From Candidatus Heimdallarchaeota archaeon (GTDB taxonomy: Archaea; Asgardarchaeota; Heimdallarchaeia; JABLTI01), in NCBI GenBank assembly GCA_018238155.1, contig JABCTZ010000036.1, forward strand, positions 32,001-96,000: a stretch of DNA of 64,000 nucleotides. Direction: 5' to 3'. Both the position numbers and the translations under genes were made by a program. The notes beneath the pieces are model-generated. The model had not been told where the DNA came from. It saw only the letters and a list, made by a program, of their open reading frames with translations, and did no database searches. This document shows, in pieces, positions 58,561 through 64,000 of this stretch (its first letter is position 1; each line of letters starts with the position of its first letter).

Positions 58561-59718
58561 ATGGTACCAGAATATCTGCAAAAAATAATCAATTTTTTCA
58601 TACACATGCGTAATAGTTTTAGAAGAATTCGAAACCACATTGGTGTTTCTATACGATTGTTTTATCGATCCCCTGGTTCAATTTTTCTTTTGATAATTTA
58701 TCCCATGATTTTATTACTCTTATTCGGGTCTATCTTTGCTTCTGAAGATGTTTTTACATTCCATTTAGAAGTTCAAGATAAAGATGGAACTGAATTTTCA
58801 GAAGGTCTCATTCAAGAACTAGGCAATCAAGGTTTACTTGATATTCATAGGTTAGATACAACTATAAACCCCAAAGAATATTTGCAAGACAATAATTTAC
58901 ATTCTTGTTTAGTTATCCCACTGAATTGGACAGCAAATAGCTTCAATCCTACTATCACAACATCGAATGTAACTCTTATCCTCGATCCAAACTCCAATCA
59001 AGCGAGCAGAGTTGCTAATATAGTTATTAAAACGGTAAATGGTTATTCTTTTTCTATTAGTACTGAAGAGCCACTTGTTGGCATATCTGAAGTGAATTTT
59101 TATTCAGATTCTATAAGTTATATTGATTTCTTTATTCCAGGAATTATTGGTGTAATTATAATGAATGCTGGCATATTAGGAGTTATCAACCGTCAAGTCC
59201 ATTTCAAAAAATCAGGTTTATTTAGAAAATTAGCTACTACACCAATAACTCGTTGGGAATATGCTGCAGCAGAAATTGGTTGGCAATATATAATTGCCTT
59301 CTTAACAACTCTCCTAACATTTTTAGTAGCTTGGATAGTCTTTTCGTTTAGTTGGGCAAGTTTTGATGAGCTGATTCCTGTTATAATATTCGTAGGAGTG
59401 TTGGTATTTTCAGGAATTGGTTTAATAATAAGTCAGCTTGTTCGAAATCCTAACAATACTTTAGCGGTAGGAACTATCGTAACCATTCCAATGATATTTT
59501 TAAGTGGAATATTTTTCGATATCTCAGGTATACAAGTTTTGGTTGTCATTTCGAAATTCTCACCACTAACGTATATTGTCGAAGCTCTTCGATCTTCCAT
59601 GATAGCTCGAAATTTCTCTTATGCTTGGTTAAATATTGGAATTGCTTTCGCAATAGGTTTAACAGCATTTATTGTTGGAGTATTTCTAACACAGTGGAAC
59701 CAAGATAAAAAACAATAA
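58561..59718 (+). CDS. ABC-2 type transporter permease (paralog of the previous gene)
   Basis: Same architecture; PGII, SGLFRKLATTP, LSGIFF, PLTY. Confidence 0.9.
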   Translation: MVPEYLQKIINFFIHMRNSFRRIRNHIGVSIRLFYRSPGSIFLLIIYPMILLLLFGSIFASEDVFTFHLEVQDKDGTEFSEGLIQELGNQGLLDIHRLDTTINPKEYLQDNNLHSCLVIPLNWTANSFNPTITTSNVTLILDPNSNQASRVANIVIKTVNGYSFSISTEEPLVGISEVNFYSDSISYIDFFIPGIIGVIIMNAGILGVINRQVHFKKSGLFRKLATTPITRWEYAAAEIGWQYIIAFLTTLLTFLVAWIVFSFSWASFDELIPVIIFVGVLVFSGIGLIISQLVRNPNNTLAVGTIVTIPMIFLSGIFFDISGIQVLVVISKFSPLTYIVEALRSSMIARNFSYAWLNIGIAFAIGLTAFIVGVFLTQWNQDKKQ

Positions 59719-59776
59719 TACTTAGCAACTTCATTTATACTCAGAGTTGAACAATGTTTACGAGGACAAAACTACT

Positions 59777-60346
59777 ATGTCAAAAGAATTGTCTATTACT
59801 TTTGTAACAAATAACAAAGAAAAAATCACTGATATTAGATTAATGCTAGGTAATACAGTTACTTTGAATTTTGTTTCCGATATTGAGTTATTAGAGATTC
59901 AATCATTATCCGTTGAAGAAGTGGTAATATCTAAAGCAAAACAAGCATATGAAATATTAGGTGAACCTGTTGCAGTGTCTGATAGCGGTTTAGAAATTAC
60001 TTGTTTGAAAAATTTTCCCGGGGCTCTTGTGAAATTTACAAACGAAGCGATTGGTCAAGATGGTTTGTTGAAATTACTTGAAGGAAAAGTAAATAGACAA
60101 GCCTATTTTGTTGCTGCCATCGCTTATTGTTACTCAAAAGATGATGTCGTTTCTTTTGTAGAGAGAGATGAGGGAACCATTGCAGAAAAACAACGAGGGA
60201 TAGGATGGCATTTCGATAAAATTTTCATTCCAAAGGGGGAAACTCTAACTTGGGCGGAAATCGGACGAAAGAATAAAAATATTCATTCAGCATTTCGAAG
60301 AGCATTGACGGGTATGTCAGAATATGTAAGAAAAAAAAATAGCTAG
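59777..60346 (+). CDS. Non-canonical purine NTP pyrophosphatase (RdgB/HAM1/ITPase family)
   Basis: VTNNKEK, LEIQ, KA, DSGL, FPG, DKIFIP. Confidence 0.88.
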   Translation: MSKELSITFVTNNKEKITDIRLMLGNTVTLNFVSDIELLEIQSLSVEEVVISKAKQAYEILGEPVAVSDSGLEITCLKNFPGALVKFTNEAIGQDGLLKLLEGKVNRQAYFVAAIAYCYSKDDVVSFVERDEGTIAEKQRGIGWHFDKIFIPKGETLTWAEIGRKNKNIHSAFRRALTGMSEYVRKKNS

Positions 60347-60360
60347 TCTAAATGACTAGC
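60342..60360. terminator. Hairpin between convergent genes
   Basis: gctagtc-taaat-gactagc. Confidence 0.45.
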
Positions 60361-60374
60361 ATTCTGGTCTTCGA

Positions 60375-61694
60375 TTAGACTTCATCCCTATCTGCAATAG
60401 GATTTCTAGTGAATAGAACAAATGAGTAAATCAAAAATGCACCATAGATGAGTTTTATTATAATAGGTATTATTTGATGAATTTCTGTTTTTAGAAAATT
60501 TGCGAAATATGAGAAATAGGAAGGTACAACTAAGCCAATAAGGAAAATAGCAATGATTATCTGAATTATTAAATCATATTTTTCCATTTTCTTTCGTTGG
60601 ATGGTTGTTTTCCCACCTAATACGATAGATAATCCTCCTATAGGTGCAACTATTAACATAGAAAGACCTATTGGGATAAATAATGCATTCCGAATGATTT
60701 GTTTTATTTTCCAATAGAACTTTCTCATATCCTCAAATTGACGATTGAGTATTGTTCGTGGATCTTTTTTCGGTCGAATGAAGAAGAGAATTCTCCTTCT
60801 CCTTTTCTCCTCTTTTACTTTAGAAATGAATTCTTTTGTTGGATCTCTATATATTCTGATAGCAGGAACAATGTAAAGTGCAATTATACTTATTGCTGCC
60901 ATAATTCCTTTGTAATATTCCATAATAGTATCTAAAGTATTGAGTACACCAATTTGTGTACCTTCTACCCATCGTATTATTGGGTTAATAAGTCCAATTA
61001 ATGTTAACACAATACCTAAAATAATCATAATATAGATTGGAACTAACATAATCAATTTGAATCTTCTAGGATCAATATCTTCTTGAGTAGTTATTACTTT
61101 CTCAGAAAGTTTTCCACGGTATTGTTTTTGTTTTTCTTTAAGTTTTTTCTTCTCTTTTGAGAGTTCTTCTGAAAATTCTTCCTGATCTTCTTTGAGCTCT
61201 TTTTCTTTCTTTTCAAGCTTTGAAAGTTCTTTTTTAGTTTTCTTTTCATTCCACTTTCCGCTTTCTTGTTTATCCTTAATTTCCTTTTTCTTCTTACTCA
61301 ATTTTTTCTCTTTTTTGTTAAACTCTTGCATTTCCTTCTTTTCTTTGCTTTCCAATTTGTCAATCTCTTTTTCCCACTTTTGAACTTCTTTCTCACTATA
61401 TGCTTTCTTTTTGGATGTTTTGGATAGCCAATTGATTATACCTTGTGCAATTGGAATGTAACCCGTAATAAATCCAAATCCACTTAGTACTTGTTGGAAA
61501 ATGAAATAAGCTAAGAGTGGATAAGCAAAAATCAGCAACCATGGTGTTGAATCAGACTTAATAAAGTGAATGAGTATTATCGTTATAATAAGGACTAAAG
61601 TACCTATTCCAAATCCCCAGTAATATTTCTTATCAAATGTTCTCAACAAAAATTCTTTAATACTAGGTTTTGGTTCGGTTTCAAGTTCGTTCAT
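60375..61694 (-). CDS. Hypothetical multi-pass membrane protein with Lys/Glu-rich coiled-coil loop
   Basis: Several TM segments interrupted by a K/E-rich stretch of about 110 aa. Confidence 0.75.
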   Translation of the reverse strand: MNELETEPKPSIKEFLLRTFDKKYYWGFGIGTLVLIITIILIHFIKSDSTPWLLIFAYPLLAYFIFQQVLSGFGFITGYIPIAQGIINWLSKTSKKKAYSEKEVQKWEKEIDKLESKEKKEMQEFNKKEKKLSKKKKEIKDKQESGKWNEKKTKKELSKLEKKEKELKEDQEEFSEELSKEKKKLKEKQKQYRGKLSEKVITTQEDIDPRRFKLIMLVPIYIMIILGIVLTLIGLINPIIRWVEGTQIGVLNTLDTIMEYYKGIMAAISIIALYIVPAIRIYRDPTKEFISKVKEEKRRRRILFFIRPKKDPRTILNRQFEDMRKFYWKIKQIIRNALFIPIGLSMLIVAPIGGLSIVLGGKTTIQRKKMEKYDLIIQIIIAIFLIGLVVPSYFSYFANFLKTEIHQIIPIIIKLIYGAFLIYSFVLFTRNPIADRDEV

Positions 61695-61834
61695 AGTAAT
61701 GAATGATATTCAGACAAAGTCAAAAAGATTTCGTTTTTACTAAAAGCAATTATTAATTTTTCCAGCTTATTTCTTCATTAAAGTTTATCAATTAAACTGT
61801 CTTTATCAATTCAAGGCAATTGGTTGAATTAGAA

Positions 61835-62335
61835 ATGGATATTAAAACAAGAATTGCTACTTTAGAAGATCTTGAAGAGATTTATCAAATTGAGAGAGTT
61901 TGTTTTGAAACTAGTGATATTTTTCATAAAGAAACTTTTGAATTCTTTCTTACAACAAATGAGGTTATTTTTTTACTAGCTGTGAATACTGAGAAAAAAA
62001 AATCTGGAAATGATCTTATAGTTGGTTTTATTATTGTTCAACCAAAGTTCAAATCAAAATTCGAGATTACTACAATAGATGTGCATCCTGATTGGCAAAA
62101 TAAAGGCATTGGCTCCCTATTGCTTCGAGAAATTGAGGAAAGAATTTTAATACGAATCAATGATGATAATAGAGAAAAAATAGATTGTTTCATTGAGCTA
62201 GTTGTTTATGAGAATAATCATAGCGCAAAGAAATTGTATACAAATATGGGTTATCAGATATTGGGTAAATTGCATAGTTACTATTCCCGTGATCGAGATG
62301 GGCTAAGGATGGGCAAAAAATTATCCAAAGAGTAA
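61835..62335 (+). CDS. RimI/Ard1-like N-acetyltransferase
   Basis: IERVCF, VHPDWQNKGIG, N..A..LY...GY, YY...DG..M. Confidence 0.85.
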   Translation: MDIKTRIATLEDLEEIYQIERVCFETSDIFHKETFEFFLTTNEVIFLLAVNTEKKKSGNDLIVGFIIVQPKFKSKFEITTIDVHPDWQNKGIGSLLLREIEERILIRINDDNREKIDCFIELVVYENNHSAKKLYTNMGYQILGKLHSYYSRDRDGLRMGKKLSKE

Positions 62336-62506
62336 TCTTTTATTTATTCAACAATTTAATCTAATTCTTAGTCATTTTAAATAATAAGAAAAATCTTGTA
62401 ATAAGACAGTTCTCTTGAAAAAATGTTGTCGGTTTTCGCCAAAACGCATACATTTTTAATTAAGGGTAGAACTATCAAATTATTGTATATCGGAGTACTG
62501 TGGTAA

Positions 62507-63721
62507 ATGAATCCCGAAGTAGAACAAGGCGATGATAACAAAGAAATAGCTGAAAAAGATAGAAGCTATTTATTGTCTTATACTCGTCATTTAGAAAGAA
62601 AAATTCGGACTCTTGAAACAGAGAAGCAATTAATTGATAATGAACGTATGCGTATGGAACGTGAAATTGCTTCTATGAGAAACGACCTCGAACAAATGAA
62701 GAGAAGTCCATTAATCACTGGTCAAATAGTTGATCTCTTAGATAATAATCGAGCAGTAGTAAGAAGCTCTAGTGGTCCAAGTTTTGTTGTCAATGTTATA
62801 AAATCAATTGATTCAAACTTGTTAAAACCAAATGCTCGTGTTGCTTTGAATCAAAGAAATTTTGCAATCGTTGAAATTCTCCCCCAGCAAAAAGATCCAA
62901 TGGTTTCTGCGATGGAAGTCGAAGAAAAACCAGAAATTTCATATGCTGATATCGGAGGTTTAGAGGAACAAATTCTTGAATTAAGGGAAACTGTTGAATT
63001 ACCACTAACAAAACCCGAGTTATTTGAAAAAGTAGGAATTACACCACCAAAAGGTGTAATGCTTTATGGTCCACCTGGGACAGGAAAAACTCTCCTAGCT
63101 AGAGCAGTTGCACATGAAACAAATGCAACGTTCATTAGAGTGATTGGTAGTGAATTAGTCCAAAAATTCATTGGAGAAGGCGCACGATTAGTTAGAGAAA
63201 TCTTTGAATTTGCAGAAGAAAAATCACCAACCATTTTGTTTATTGATGAATTGGATGCTATTGGATCTCGAAGATTAGATATTGCAACAAGTGGAGACCG
63301 TGAAGTTCAAAGAACGTTAATGCAATTATTGAGTAATTTAGATGGCTTCGATATTCGTGGTGATGTTCGAGTCATTGCTGCAACAAATAGACCTGATATT
63401 TTAGATCCTGCTCTTCTAAGACCAGGACGATTCGATAGGGTTATAGAAATAGGTATTCCATCATCAAAATCACGAGAACAAATCTTTAAAATTCATACCA
63501 GAAAAATGTCACTTGAGACTAAGATTGATTTGAAAATATACGTGAGTTTGACAGAAGGTGCATCTGGTGCTGATATCAAAAATATTTGTATGGAAGCAGG
63601 AATGTTTGCAGTTAGAAATGAACGTGATCATATAATTAATGCAGACTTTAAGAAAGCCGTCAGCAAAGTTATGGGCAAAATAAAATCCTCAACAGGTAAC
63701 ACAGGACGATTCTATGTTTAA
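62507..63721 (+). CDS. pan: Proteasome-activating nucleotidase
   Basis: Coiled coil + OB domain, [28 protein letters not shown]-terminal HbYX motif (FYV). Confidence 0.97.
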   Translation: MNPEVEQGDDNKEIAEKDRSYLLSYTRHLERKIRTLETEKQLIDNERMRMEREIASMRNDLEQMKRSPLITGQIVDLLDNNRAVVRSSSGPSFVVNVIKSIDSNLLKPNARVALNQRNFAIVEILPQQKDPMVSAMEVEEKPEISYADIGGLEEQILELRETVELPLTKPELFEKVGITPPKGVMLYGPPGTGKTLLARAVAHETNATFIRVIGSELVQKFIGEGARLVREIFEFAEEKSPTILFIDELDAIGSRRLDIATSGDREVQRTLMQLLSNLDGFDIRGDVRVIAATNRPDILDPALLRPGRFDRVIEIGIPSSKSREQIFKIHTRKMSLETKIDLKIYVSLTEGASGADIKNICMEAGMFAVRNERDHIINADFKKAVSKVMGKIKSSTGNTGRFYV

Positions 63722-63745
63722 TAGGTAGGTATTTTTCTACCTATT
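63720..63745. terminator. Hairpin between convergent pan and atpD
   Basis: aataggtag/ctacctatt 9-bp stem. Confidence 0.5.
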
Positions 63746-63801
63746 CTTCAAATTTTTAGATTATTTTCTTAATAAGAAATGGGAATAGAAAGAATAAAGA
63801 T

Positions 63802-64000
63802 TTAGCTGCTAGATTTTGCAGCCGCTTTTCTTTCAAGTTTTTCTTTAATTTTCTTTAATTGAGCAAATTGCTCTCTTTCTTGTTCCTCTAATGTAGTTTC
63901 AATAAAAACTATTTGAGTCTGTAAACGAGGAATAAGAATAAATCTTAACGCATTTACTCTTCGTTTTGTTTCAGTAATTGCTTGACCCAAAATCTGTAAC
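63802..64000 (-). CDS. atpD: A/V-type ATP synthase subunit D, C-terminal part (begins beyond the window)
   Basis: ITETKRRVNAL...IP...LEEQEREQF.QLKKIK. Confidence 0.93.
   Translation of the reverse strand, partial: LQILGQAITETKRRVNALRFILIPRLQTQIVFIETTLEEQEREQFAQLKKIKEKLERKAAAKSSS

Overview
AT-rich archaeal chromosomal segment, most likely from an Asgard archaeon. This is inferred from an Arf-family GTPase with a C-terminal longin/roadblock-like domain, a strikingly eukaryote-type GTPBP1/2, an IPGY-type C-terminal sorting signal and thrombospondin-3-repeat surface proteins, alongside core archaeal genes (DP1, archease, DGGGP synthase, PAN, prefoldin alpha, aIF6, eL20, FtsY, DTD2). Most of the window is housekeeping and metabolism: glycine cleavage H/P1/P2 next to pterin-pathway genes, ADP-forming acyl-CoA synthetase, OTCase, peptidases, GNATs and an ABC exporter. 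No rRNA, tRNA or CRISPR array was seen. Main leads: (1) a decayed TnpB C-terminus with its structured 3' RNA end at ~25.5-25.9 kb, plus a second, ORF-less homologous copy of that RNA segment at ~33.9-34.07 kb (candidate orphan omega-RNA); (2) a possible +1 frameshift site (UUU UUU CGG) that would fuse a MoxR AAA+ ATPase to its vWA partner; (3) an ABC ATPase whose catalytic Glu, switch His and signature motif are all degenerate; (4) a GTPBP1/2-like translational GTPase; (5) a structured leader and palindrome upstream of argF; (6) a surface-anchored PLD-family enzyme flanked by two paralogous unknown genes; (7) a beta-CASP nuclease with a PIP-box-like tail. All family assignments come from motif recognition by eye; no database search was run.
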